Position numbers and translations under genes: made by a program | Notes under the pieces: generated by a model | Told to the model about the DNA's origin: nothing | The model's database searches: none | What the model saw: only the letters and a program-made list of their open reading frames with translations | Source: Minisyncoccota bacterium | GTDB taxonomy: Bacteria; Patescibacteriota; Minisyncoccia; Phycocordibacterales; CSBR16-193 | Assembly: GCA_040905715.1 (NCBI GenBank) | Contig: JBBDRA010000004.1 | Location: forward strand, 1 to 40,662 | Length of the DNA stretch: 40,662 nt | Direction: 5' to 3' | In this document: positions 1-8,829 of the stretch, in pieces | Layout: each line of letters begins with the position of its first letter | How positions within the stretch are numbered: the first letter of the stretch is position 1

Positions 1-129
1 TCGCTTCGCGATTGTTGTTCAAAAAAGGTTCGCGCAAAGGATACAATCTCACCGCATTTTGTTGATGATAGAATACTTTTGTACGGAAGTGATCGATATG
101 TGTCGATTTTCTTGTCTGCCGCATCGTAC

Positions 130-193
130 TAAACACTAAAGACCCCCCATGCTTCGCGTAAAGCTACGCAGGACAAGCGGTATTTAGTGTTTA
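130..193. repeat. Interrupted palindrome sharing its arms with the 40-nt palindrome at 32214-32253; a GC-rich ~40-nt module occupies the centre
   Basis: Arms TAAACACTAAA (130-140) and TTTAGTGTTTA (183-193). The 14-mer TAAACACTAAAGAC is identical to the left arm at 32218-32231. Centre is CCCCCCATGCTTCGCGTAAAGCTACGCAGGACAAGCGG. Confidence 0.7.
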
Positions 194-300
194 AAAGCTG
201 GTTTGTGAGCAGCGGGCGTATCCGTCCTCTCCGCAGACTAAAATTTTTTATCGGAGAGCCTCGATTGCCTAAAGGTTAATATCTAAGCTAAACTTAAGAC

Positions 301-819
301 ATGAATGTTATCTTATACATGGCAATATCGGCAAACGGATTTATCGCTCGAGAAAACGGCGACGAAGATTTCTTATCACACGAGAACTGGAATAGGTTCT
401 GTGATCTTGCCAATAAATACAACAACTTCATAGTCGGCAGAAAAACATACGAGGCGGTAAAGAACTGGAAGGATGGATATGGTTTCGACGATTTGAATAT
501 GGAGAAGATTGTTGTCTCTCAAGACGCTTCATATCCTCTCAGTGGTTCTTATTCTTTGGCTACATCTCCTCATGATGCCCTCGCAAAGCTTGCTGAGAAA
601 GGATTTCAAGAAACGTTACTGGCAGGCGGTTCAGCTTTAAATACCGCCTTTGCAAAAGCGGGACTCATCGACGAAATCGTACTGAATGTCGAGCCGGTTG
701 TTATCGGAAAAGGTATACCCCTTTTCTCTTCTGGAGGATTTGAACTACCGATTGAATTGCTAGACACTTCCAAAAGTGACACCGGCATCGCTACCCTTCG
801 CTACAAGGTGAAAAAGTAG
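301..819 (+). CDS. RibD C-terminal-domain / dihydrofolate-reductase-like reductase
   Basis: 172-aa ORF. MNVILYMAISANGFIA, VGRKTYE, LLAGGSALNTAF and LNVEPVVIGKGIPLF follow the DHFR-fold RibD_C pattern. TAG stop. Confidence 0.7.
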   Translation: MNVILYMAISANGFIARENGDEDFLSHENWNRFCDLANKYNNFIVGRKTYEAVKNWKDGYGFDDLNMEKIVVSQDASYPLSGSYSLATSPHDALAKLAEKGFQETLLAGGSALNTAFAKAGLIDEIVLNVEPVVIGKGIPLFSSGGFELPIELLDTSKSDTGIATLRYKVKK

Positions 820-890
820 ATGAGGGTCAAATACCTAGTGGCATGAATCTTGTCCATGACACAGGGAAGTCGGTCTGATAACATACTTGT

Positions 891-1193
891 ATGCCTACAT
901 ACAATAAACTTGTTCGGGACAAGATACCCGAGATTTTAGATCAGAAGAATATACCGTACGAGAAAAGAATTGCTGACGAGAGTGAGTTTAAAAATGAGTT
1001 GATTAAGAAGTTACTTGAAGAAGTAAATGAATTTTCTGAGACTCCCACCACGGAAGAACTTGCCGATATTGTAGAGGTGGTTGAGTTTCTTAAAAAACTC
1101 CCGGAGTATTCGAACGTAGAGAGTATTCGGTTAAATAAAAAAGAAGAACGGGGCGGTTTTGATGAAAAAATAATTTTGAGGGGAGAAAAATAG
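891..1193 (+). CDS. MazG-like all-alpha NTP pyrophosphohydrolase (house-cleaning type)
   Basis: 100-aa ORF starting MPTYNKLVRDKIPEIL. Acidic helix EELADIVEVVEFL is typical of the phosphoribosyl-ATP-PPase-like MazG superfamily. Confidence 0.65.
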   Translation: MPTYNKLVRDKIPEILDQKNIPYEKRIADESEFKNELIKKLLEEVNEFSETPTTEELADIVEVVEFLKKLPEYSNVESIRLNKKEERGGFDEKIILRGEK

Positions 1194-1324
1194 CCAATAG
1201 TAGAGTCTTTCTAAACACGCCACCCGGGTGGCGTATTGAAAAGAGTACTTTCGTTCTCTGCTTTTCCCTGGTTACTGTTTTTTAATGGGGTATACTGCAA
1301 ATAACATTTCATTAACGGCTAAAC

Positions 1325-2314
1325 GTGATTAACTCAAAATCTATGGAACAAGAATTTCAACAGCAACCTCAAGAGGTAGAACCAAAGAATAACGGCCAAA
1401 TCATTGTCGCTGTTGGCGTTAGTGTTTTACTGACGGCTCTCGTGGTCGGTTTTGGTGTTTACTTTGTAATGAGTAAGTTTGCTGACCCGCAAAAACAAAC
1501 CGGGAGTGATCTTGTTACGGAAACTGAAGGAGTTAATGATATTAGCGAGTTGGTTTTACAAGATGTGGTAGATGAGATCGTTTACGTAGAGCAAGAATCT
1601 GGAGAGTTGGCTCAACTGGATACAAATAAGCTCAAAAAAGCTGGTCGTTACTATTACGTAGATATCGAAGCACAAAAAATTTACTATCTCAAAAAGAATA
1701 TCGATGGAGATAGTGTTCAATTAGGGAATGCTACGACTATAGATTCCAAGAGCTTTTCGATTTATAAAAATGATAATCGTTATGCACATGATTTAATAAA
1801 TGTGTATGCGGTATTGTCAATTCCGTGGTCGTCAGATTACGAATTTGGCGTTATCGAAAAAGCTGATCCACTGACTTTCGAACCAAAAATTGTCGAACAA
1901 TTTGATGTGTCGCAAGGTAATACGTTTCAAGGATGGATCTCTAGAGACAAAAATAATGTCTATTATAAATATGAAATTTTTGAACACGCTGACCCAAAGA
2001 GCTTTGAGATTTCAGAGAATGTCTCAATCAATAAAGACAAAAATAATGTTTATCTGTGGAGAGAAATTTTGCCTAAGGCAGACCCTCAAACTTACGAAAT
2101 ATTATTAGATGAGAGTGCTGCGGGCCGCGGTACAGTGTATGGAAAAGACAAAAATAATCTTTTTGTTGATTACTGCACGTTGAGCGGAGTTGATACGGCA
2201 TCAGTTAATTTTGAATATGTTCCAAATAAGGGGCGTGTATTTTCTGACAAAAATGGTGTTTTCACAATCAAACATGATGAAGAATCAAATACGTGTTCGA
2301 TAGTTCGAGAATAG
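1325..2314 (+). CDS. Membrane-anchored DKNYY-repeat protein
   Basis: GTG at 1325, with an alternative ATG at 1343. TM helix IIVAVGVSVLLTALVVGFGVYFVM. Repeats are DKNNVYYKYEIFEHADPKSFE, DKNNVYLWREILPKADPQTYE, DKNNLFVDY and DKNGVF. Confidence 0.65.
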   Translation: MINSKSMEQEFQQQPQEVEPKNNGQIIVAVGVSVLLTALVVGFGVYFVMSKFADPQKQTGSDLVTETEGVNDISELVLQDVVDEIVYVEQESGELAQLDTNKLKKAGRYYYVDIEAQKIYYLKKNIDGDSVQLGNATTIDSKSFSIYKNDNRYAHDLINVYAVLSIPWSSDYEFGVIEKADPLTFEPKIVEQFDVSQGNTFQGWISRDKNNVYYKYEIFEHADPKSFEISENVSINKDKNNVYLWREILPKADPQTYEILLDESAAGRGTVYGKDKNNLFVDYCTLSGVDTASVNFEYVPNKGRVFSDKNGVFTIKHDEESNTCSIVRE

Positions 2315-2461
2315 AAGCTCTTCGTAACGGATACTTAATATATAATACGCCTATCGATAGCGTACGTGTAGTTCTGATATGCAAGCACCGCAAGGCTAAA
2401 GCAGGTCTTGTTGCTCGCACATCCACTAGATACAAAAAAAGAGATAGGCTATACTACACAT

Positions 2462-2884
2462 ATGCATTTTATGTCTCTTGATCTCGGTGTTGTCGCGCTC
2501 GCGGCGTTGGTTCCAATGGTGCTGGGAAGTTTCTGGTATTCACCGGTAGTATTTGGTAATCACTGGCTGACACTCTCTCGAATAAAAACGAGTAGCATTC
2601 AGCAGGCACGTCTTGAGATAGCTGTTGCGCTCTTCGGAAGTTTTCTTGCTTCGTTCATCATGAGTTTCGTGCTGGCAATGCTGATAGAGAATTTGTTTGT
2701 GATAACAGCAGTTGATGGCATGGTCCTTGGCTTCTGGATCTGGCTTGGGTTTGTGGCTACTACAATGATCCCGGAGTATCTATTCGGTGGCAGTGCCAAA
2801 CCGTACTTGCTGTATGTGCTGAATGCCGGTTACCACCTTCTTGCTCTGATAAGCATGGGCGGACTACTGGCTCTCTGGATGTAG
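2462..2884 (+). CDS. DUF1761-family integral membrane protein
   Basis: The ORF opens at TTG 2408, but ATG 2462 sits 6 nt after a TATACT box. LGSFWYSPVVFGNHW matches the DUF1761 signature. About 4 TM helices. Confidence 0.6.
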   Translation: MHFMSLDLGVVALAALVPMVLGSFWYSPVVFGNHWLTLSRIKTSSIQQARLEIAVALFGSFLASFIMSFVLAMLIENLFVITAVDGMVLGFWIWLGFVATTMIPEYLFGGSAKPYLLYVLNAGYHLLALISMGGLLALWM

Positions 2885-2908
2885 TCACCGTGAGCCATAG
2901 ATAGAGAT

Positions 2909-3409
2909 ATGCAAAAAAACTTTTTTATCGGTCTTGTCGGCGCCCTGGTTTTGCTCGTCGGTTTTTATGTGTATCAGTTTGCGTATCAGCAGGAGTCTTC
3001 GCCTTTGCCGGACCCTGAAGATCCGGATGCCGGTGAGGTTATTCGCTCGGTAGAGCTCGCGGGGGAGTGTGTTGACGTAGATGTTGCTCAAGAGCCTAGT
3101 GAGCGGGCACAGGGTCTCTCCGGGCGCACTGAGTTGCTTGATGGGACCGGCATGTTGTTTGTATTTGAGCAACCCGACCGTCATAGTTTTTGGATGAAAG
3201 AGATGAATTTTTCTATTGATATGCTGTGGTTCTCCGAAGATAAACGTGTCGTGCATATTGTTAAAAACGCCTCACCTGAGAGCTTTCCTGAGTCTTTTCG
3301 ACCCGATGAGCCTGCGCTGTATGTCTTGGAAGTTCCGGCTGGATTTTCACAGGAACAGGGTGTAGAGGCGGGGGATTCTATGGGCTTTCAGGCTCAAGCC
3401 TGTGGATAA
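2909..3409 (+). CDS. DUF192-domain protein with N-terminal membrane anchor
   Basis: 166 aa. Anchor FFIGLVGALVLLVGFYVY. Core GLSGRTELLDGTGMLFVFEQPDRHSFWMKEMNFSIDMLWF follows the DUF192 (COG1430) pattern. Confidence 0.65.
   Translation: MQKNFFIGLVGALVLLVGFYVYQFAYQQESSPLPDPEDPDAGEVIRSVELAGECVDVDVAQEPSERAQGLSGRTELLDGTGMLFVFEQPDRHSFWMKEMNFSIDMLWFSEDKRVVHIVKNASPESFPESFRPDEPALYVLEVPAGFSQEQGVEAGDSMGFQAQACG
3401..3409 (-). promoter_or_regulatory. Perfect DnaA-box 9-mer (TTATCCACA on the minus strand) at the start of the nrdJ upstream region
   Basis: TGTGGATAA is read directly at 3401-3409 and overlaps the TAA stop of the DUF192 gene. Function is not demonstrated. Confidence 0.35.
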
Positions 3410-3651
3410 CTTTTGGTCTTTATAGGTTCAATTCAGGGTGCTTTTTAGATCAGGTTACAAGAGAGTCCTGTTTGGGTCAGATAGTACAGGCGTTTCCACG
3501 TTTCTCGATTGACAGCCACTCATTTTTTATTTCGTGTATGGGCTGTGGGCTGACCTGGGTTGCATACGGGGGTAAAATAGGAGAAACAGATGCTCATCAT
3601 TACAAATATTAGTAGTAGTATCAGTAATACTTTTCGATAATCCACTTTACT

Positions 3652-6033
3652 ATGGCAAACGAGAAACGATCTACACGATCAAAGAAAAAAACAACCAAAT
3701 CATCGGCTCAAGCAAAAGAGAGCACGACAGCGAAGACGTCTCGATCAAAGAAGGCTAAGAGCGGCATGACAAGCGAGCAAGCCGGCGCATTCATCAAAGG
3801 TGTTCGCAAGCGTGACGGTTCGGTTGTTGGTTTCGATCTCGACAAAGTTGCCAACGCGATCTACAAAGCAATGCTTGCCACCAACACCGGTTCGGATGTA
3901 GAGGCAAGTATGGTCGCGAATAAAGTGTTTGCTGAGCTGGTAAAGATCTCTAAGAAACACAAAGATTTTGTGCCGACCGTGGAAGGTATTCAGGATACGG
4001 TCGAAAAGGAATTGATGCTTTCTGATTATGTTGAGGCCTCTAAGTCGTACATTTTGTACCGTCAGGAGCACGCGAAGCGACGCGAGCAAGGGATCAAGGT
4101 TCCTAAGAAGGTTCAAAAGTTGGCGAGTGAGAGTAAGGCGTATTTCCGAAATCCTCTTGCTGAATTTATTTACTACCGTTCGTACTCCCGTTGGATGCCG
4201 GAAGAGAACCGACGCGAGACCTGGATCGAGACAGTTGATCGCTACATGGACTTCATGAAAGAAAATGTGGGTAGCGCAATAAAAGCAAACGAATACGCTG
4301 AGATCCGAGAGCATATTCTTCATCAGTGGTCGATGCCATCGATGCGACTGATGTGGTCTGCCGGCGCTCCGGCACGCAAGACCAATGTCTGTGCGTACAA
4401 CTGCTCGTTCATTGCTCCAAGTCAGCTACAAGACCTTGGTGAGATCATGTACCTCTCGATGTGCGGCACCGGTGTTGGTTTCTCAGTCGAGAGTCAGACG
4501 ATCCAGCAGTTGCCGATCATCCAAAAGCAGTCCGGCCAGCATGTCGGCACGCACACTGTAGACGACAGCAAAGAAGGGTGGGCAGATGCGTTCGTCTACG
4601 CGATGCAGACCTGGTTTGACGGGAAGGATCTTGATTTTGATTATTCCCAGGTTCGCCCGCAAGGCGCACGGCTCAAGACAATGGGCGGTAAGGCGAGTGG
4701 CCCGGATCCATTAATGCAATTGATGGCGTTTGCAAAGCAACGAGTGCTTGCACGACAAGGTAAGCGGCTTTCAAACCTTGATGCGCACGACATTATCTGC
4801 AAGATCGGTGAGATCGTTGTGGCCGGTGGTGTGCGTCGAAGCGCTCTGATCTCTCTTTCTGATCTTGATGATGATGACATGCGAGACGCTAAGAAAGGCC
4901 AGTTCTTCTTGACCGATCCACAGCGCGGCATGTCGAACAACTCCGCTGTCTACGAAGAGAAGCCAAGCAACGAAGATTTTCTCGATGAATGGGTGGCATT
5001 GATGAAGTCCGGTTCAGGAGAGCGAGGTATCTTTAACCGTGGCGGACTTCAGAGTCAGCTTCCGGAGCGTCGATGGAAGGTGTTCGAGGATCATGCGCCA
5101 ACGAGCGGAACGAATCCGTGTGGTGAGATCATCCTCAGGAGCAAGCAGTTCTGTAACTTAAGCGAAGTAGTGGCACGTAAAGAAGATGACGAAGCTTCGC
5201 TTATTAAGAAGGCTCGCATTGCTGCTATCCTCGGCACGTATCAGTCAACGCTGACCCATTTCCCGTATCTTTCAAAAGAATGGAAAGAGAATTGTGAGGA
5301 AGAGCGCCTTCTGGGTGTTTCGATCACCGGTCAGTGGGACTGTCCGGCAGTACGCAACCCGGAGACGTTGGAGAAGATCAAGAAGGAGGCGGTCAAGGTT
5401 AACAAACAGTTTGCAAAGCGTCTTGGTGTTAAGGAGTCAACGTGTGTGACGTGTGTGAAGCCATCGGGAACGGTCTCTCAGTTGGTAGACGCAAGTTCGG
5501 GTATGCATCCGCGACACTCTAAGTATTATATTCGACGGGTTCGCATCACCGGCACCGACAGTCTGTTTCAGATGTTGAAAGATCAGGGTGTGCCGTACAA
5601 GCCGGAGAACGGTCAGAGTGAAGAGAATGCACACACATTCGTGCTGGAGTTTCCGGTCAAGGCACCCGACGCTTCGATCATGAAAGATGACATGACCGCA
5701 AATGAGCAGCTTGAGTACTGGAAAATGGTGAAGGAGAATTACACCGAACATAATCCGTCGACCACGATATCGGTCGGACCAACTGAATGGGTTGAGACAG
5801 CAAACTGGATCTATGAGAACTGGGATCAGGTTGGCGGTCTTTCATTCCTTCCGCGCTTCGATCATGTGTATCCGTTGGCGCCGTACGAAGAGTGTGATGA
5901 GAAAACCTATAAAGAGCTTCTCAAGCGGTTTAACGGTATCGATTTCTCGAAGATCGTGACGTATGAAGCACAGGACAACACGAAAGGAGCAAAAGAGCTG
6001 GCGTGTGTGTCGGGAACGTGTGAGATCATCTAG
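3652..6033 (+). CDS. nrdJ: Class II (adenosylcobalamin-dependent) ribonucleotide reductase with N-terminal ATP-cone and a K/S-rich leader
   Basis: 793 aa. ATP-cone VRKRDGSVVGFDLDKV...ILYRQEHAKRRE, thiyl-radical loop GTNPCGEIILRSKQFCNLSEV, KPSGTVSQL, and C-terminal redox pair CVSGTCEII. Confidence 0.9.
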   Translation: MANEKRSTRSKKKTTKSSAQAKESTTAKTSRSKKAKSGMTSEQAGAFIKGVRKRDGSVVGFDLDKVANAIYKAMLATNTGSDVEASMVANKVFAELVKISKKHKDFVPTVEGIQDTVEKELMLSDYVEASKSYILYRQEHAKRREQGIKVPKKVQKLASESKAYFRNPLAEFIYYRSYSRWMPEENRRETWIETVDRYMDFMKENVGSAIKANEYAEIREHILHQWSMPSMRLMWSAGAPARKTNVCAYNCSFIAPSQLQDLGEIMYLSMCGTGVGFSVESQTIQQLPIIQKQSGQHVGTHTVDDSKEGWADAFVYAMQTWFDGKDLDFDYSQVRPQGARLKTMGGKASGPDPLMQLMAFAKQRVLARQGKRLSNLDAHDIICKIGEIVVAGGVRRSALISLSDLDDDDMRDAKKGQFFLTDPQRGMSNNSAVYEEKPSNEDFLDEWVALMKSGSGERGIFNRGGLQSQLPERRWKVFEDHAPTSGTNPCGEIILRSKQFCNLSEVVARKEDDEASLIKKARIAAILGTYQSTLTHFPYLSKEWKENCEEERLLGVSITGQWDCPAVRNPETLEKIKKEAVKVNKQFAKRLGVKESTCVTCVKPSGTVSQLVDASSGMHPRHSKYYIRRVRITGTDSLFQMLKDQGVPYKPENGQSEENAHTFVLEFPVKAPDASIMKDDMTANEQLEYWKMVKENYTEHNPSTTISVGPTEWVETANWIYENWDQVGGLSFLPRFDHVYPLAPYEECDEKTYKELLKRFNGIDFSKIVTYEAQDNTKGAKELACVSGTCEII

Positions 6034-6066
6034 CTCTCTTCTAAACTAAGTTATAAGTTGCAGAAC

Positions 6067-6092
6067 ACAGGTCGCTTTTGGCGGCCTGTTTT
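6067..6092 (+). terminator. Rho-independent terminator after nrdJ
   Basis: ACAGGTCGC-TTTTG-GCGGCCTGT gives a 9-bp stem with one G-U pair, followed by TTT. Confidence 0.6.
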
Positions 6093-6175
6093 CATACTAT
6101 GAGCCGGTATGTAACTTGTGCACACGACGCAAGGATTACTCAGCTGATATACTACAGTTAATCAGTACACACACC

Positions 6176-8701
6176 ATGATTCATCCAAGAGTGTTATCAA
6201 GTATGCTCGGGGCGCTTGTCGTTAGTGTTGCTTTTTTGGTGTTTATACTGCCTGTGGATGCATCAGAAACGAACGGAACCATAGATGCTACGGACAAGTA
6301 CGCGAAATTTATTGATGGACATGGAAAGGTGAATTTCAAACCGGCAAACGGCACGGCGGTAAGTGTGACCGACTCGGCGCTTGCTGGCGATGTGTGGGGT
6401 GAGAAAGTGGGGTGGATAAATCTTCAGCCTACGAATGGAGGGGTAACGAATGATGCGGAAGGAAACCTGTCGGGATATGCTTGGGGAGAAAACACCGGCT
6501 GGATCAATTTCAACACAACAAATGCACAGGTAACGATCGATGATAATGGATATTTTGAAGGATACGCATGGAGCGAGAATTACGGCTGGCTTTCGTTTAA
6601 TTGTTCAGACGAGGGCGAGTGCGGCAGTGACGATTATAAAGTACGCACCGACTGGCGTCCTGAAAGCGTGCGTGATGACAGTGATCCGGAATGTAGCGAT
6701 GGAATTGATAATGATGGTGACGGCGATATTGATCACCCTGACGACGAAGGATGTTCCAGCTCGTCGGATGACTCTGAGGATTCCGATGATGGCGGGGACC
6801 CTGGTACGTCAAATAGTTCGCCGGAAATAACTCTTTTGGGCAATGATCCGACGGTGGTAGAGGAAGGGGAGGACTATATTGAACCGGGATACACAGCAAC
6901 AGACTCAGAAGACGGTGATCTGACTGATGATGTTACTGTGTCCGGTAGCGTAGATACATCCACTGTGGGTGAATACACGCTTACGTACGAGGTGTATGAT
7001 TCCGGCAATCGTCGGGCGCTCGTGCGACGTGATGTGCATGTGGTAGAGCCTAACGAAAGACCGATCATTACACTTGTTGGTGATGAGGCAATGAGTATTG
7101 AGCAGGGATCACTGTTTACTGATCCCGGTGCTACTGCATCCGATCCTGAAGACGGAGATATTACTGGCGATATTGACGTTACCGGCTCAGTTAATACATC
7201 TGTCACGGATACATATATTCTTTACTACGATGTTACTGATAGCGATGGTAAGTCAGCGGTTACTATTGTTCGCGAAGTTACCGTCACTCCGGAAGATCAG
7301 GTCGGAGAAGTGCCAACAATATCTCTGATAGGTCCGGCAATCATTGAGCTTAATGTGAACGATGCATTTGCTGATCCCGGAGCTACAGCGATGGATCCTG
7401 AGGACGGCGATCTCACTGATCAGATCGTTACAATCGGTAGTGTCGACACATCTGTCCCCGGTACTTACTTCCTCCGCTATGATGTTACCGACTCTGACGG
7501 CAACGCTGCGCCGGCTAGAGTCCGCCAGATCCGTGTGACGGAAGAAGACGACGAGCCTGATGATGATCCTGACAATGATCCTGATGGCGATCCGGATGAT
7601 CCGGATGATCCGGATGAACCTCGCGATGACCCTGATGATGATTCTGGCAGTGGAGGCCCTGATGATCCGGCTACAGATGATGAGACCGATGACGACGATG
7701 ATGTTATTACGACCACTGTTCGCGAAGTTGCAGAATTCTATAATAGCCCGGTCGGCTCGGTAACTACGAAGGTAGTTTCAACAGCTGGTCTGATCACCGG
7801 TAGTATAGGCGCAGCGGCAACGCTGTTCATGTCCCCGCTTGCTTTAGGTGAGCTGTTTCTTATTCCGTTGCGTCTGTGGGCACTTTTGTTGTCGTTGCTC
7901 GGATTAAAGAAAAGATATCGACCGTGGGGCACGGTCTACGACAGTGTTACCAAGCAGCCGCTTGATCCGGCCTACGTCATACTTGAGGACATGGATGGAA
8001 ATGAGCTTAAGACCTCGATCACTGATCTTGATGGTCGATTCGGTTTTCTTATTGGTCCGGGGCGCTATCGGATCAAGGCGCATAAAACTAATTACTCGTT
8101 CCCGTCAGAAAAACTAGCTGGTCAGACAGATGACGATCTACATCCGAATCTATACTTCGGAGAGCCGATCGATGTCACTGAAGAAGGTGGGGTAGTGGCA
8201 AAGAATATCCCGATGGATCCGGAGAAATTTGACTGGAATGAGTTTGCAAAGAATGATCAAAATTTGATGAAATTCTATTCCCGTTTTGACGTGATAAAAA
8301 GCAAGATCGTGAAATGGCTATTTTACCTCGGATTCGTAGTGACTCTCGTAGCGTTATTCTTTGCTCCGGAGCCGTACAATTACATCATTTTTGCTTTGTA
8401 TGTTGTTGTGGTCATTGTTTCGTTCGTTGGTTTGAAGCGAAAGAAGTCCGGCCGTGTTGTAGATGATGAAACCGGGGCGCCGCTTTCGTTCGCGATCGTA
8501 CGACTCTTCTCGCCGAACCTCGGTCGGGAGATCTCAAAGACCGTGTGCGACAAGTACGGACGATACTTTATGCTTATTTCAAATGGTGATTATTACGTGG
8601 TTATAGAGCGGAAGACAGGAGAGGACGAATACGAAAAAATATTCACCTCTGAGTCGTTTAAAGTAAAGAACGGTATTGTGAAAAAGAAATTTCGGGTATA
8701 G
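6176..8701 (+). CDS. Polytopic envelope protein: signal peptide, W-rich repeats, Ca-binding-type motif, 3 Ig-like repeats, acidic D/P linker, and two TM-pair plus CarboxypepD_reg-like modules
   Basis: The ORF opens at TTG 6116; ATG 6176 gives signal peptide MIHPRVLSSMLGALVVSVAFLVFILPVDA. Also seen: GDVWGEKVGWINL / GYAWGENTGWINF / GYAWSENYGWLSF, CSDGIDNDGDGDIDHPDDEGC, and three DPG.TA.D.EDGD(L/I)T repeats. Two domains of the type GTVYDSVTKQPLDPAYVILEDMDGNEL...GRYRIKAHK and GRVVDDETGAPLSFAIVRLF are each preceded by hydrophobic helices. Confidence 0.75.
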   Translation: MIHPRVLSSMLGALVVSVAFLVFILPVDASETNGTIDATDKYAKFIDGHGKVNFKPANGTAVSVTDSALAGDVWGEKVGWINLQPTNGGVTNDAEGNLSGYAWGENTGWINFNTTNAQVTIDDNGYFEGYAWSENYGWLSFNCSDEGECGSDDYKVRTDWRPESVRDDSDPECSDGIDNDGDGDIDHPDDEGCSSSSDDSEDSDDGGDPGTSNSSPEITLLGNDPTVVEEGEDYIEPGYTATDSEDGDLTDDVTVSGSVDTSTVGEYTLTYEVYDSGNRRALVRRDVHVVEPNERPIITLVGDEAMSIEQGSLFTDPGATASDPEDGDITGDIDVTGSVNTSVTDTYILYYDVTDSDGKSAVTIVREVTVTPEDQVGEVPTISLIGPAIIELNVNDAFADPGATAMDPEDGDLTDQIVTIGSVDTSVPGTYFLRYDVTDSDGNAAPARVRQIRVTEEDDEPDDDPDNDPDGDPDDPDDPDEPRDDPDDDSGSGGPDDPATDDETDDDDDVITTTVREVAEFYNSPVGSVTTKVVSTAGLITGSIGAAATLFMSPLALGELFLIPLRLWALLLSLLGLKKRYRPWGTVYDSVTKQPLDPAYVILEDMDGNELKTSITDLDGRFGFLIGPGRYRIKAHKTNYSFPSEKLAGQTDDDLHPNLYFGEPIDVTEEGGVVAKNIPMDPEKFDWNEFAKNDQNLMKFYSRFDVIKSKIVKWLFYLGFVVTLVALFFAPEPYNYIIFALYVVVVIVSFVGLKRKKSGRVVDDETGAPLSFAIVRLFSPNLGREISKTVCDKYGRYFMLISNGDYYVVIERKTGEDEYEKIFTSESFKVKNGIVKKKFRV
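6818..7540 (+). repeat. Three tandem ~80-aa (~245-nt) Ig-like coding repeats (DUF5011/HYR-like)
   Basis: Units start near 6818 (SPEITLLGNDP), 7059 (RPIITLVGDEA) and 7311 (VPTISLIGPAI). Each ends in Y.L.Y.V.DS.G. Confidence 0.7.
7589..7615 (+). repeat. Three perfect tandem copies of GATCCGGAT inside the D/P-rich linker
   Basis: Read directly; in frame (DPD DPD DPD). Confidence 0.9.
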
Positions 8702-8712
8702 AAAGAGGTTTT

Positions 8713-8737
8713 AAGATATTACAAAAATATCTTTCTT
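8713..8737 (+). terminator. AT-rich hairpin after the 861-aa gene (possible terminator)
   Basis: AAGATATT-ACAAA-AATATCTT followed by TCTT. Confidence 0.4.
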
Positions 8738-8829
8738 GGTTCTGAAATAGCAATGTAAACATCTTCTTTGAGAGGATCCTGTCCACATCAGTTCGCCTTT
8801 TTTATGCGCTATAATAAGGCTATATATAA

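Noticed and set aside
1-138. Possible 3-prime end of a plus-strand gene entering the window
   Set aside because: Two plus-strand frames are both open from position 1 to about 138-147, and neither translation is recognisable, so no call can be supported.
1217-1234. 18-nt perfect palindrome ACGCCACCCGGGTGGCGT after the MazG-like gene, as a REP family member or terminator
   Set aside because: It shares only the CACC(C)GGGTG centre with the 29-nt palindromes, and no U-tract follows. There is not enough evidence to assign it to the family or call it a terminator.
3410-3651. Cobalamin riboswitch or NrdR boxes in the 242-nt region upstream of nrdJ
   Set aside because: No B12-box-like sequence was seen. 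The AT-rich quasi-palindrome TACAAATATTAGTA (3601-3614) fits the remembered NrdR-box consensus only at its ends, and there is no properly spaced second box.
3745-4323. 192-aa antisense ORF inside nrdJ. Similar long antisense ORFs occur at 17771-18529, 12597-13109, 26710-27210 and 24486-24929.
   Set aside because: Each lies fully within a confidently identified sense gene. The translations are low-complexity or R/S/L-rich with no motifs. This is a typical stop-poor antisense frame.
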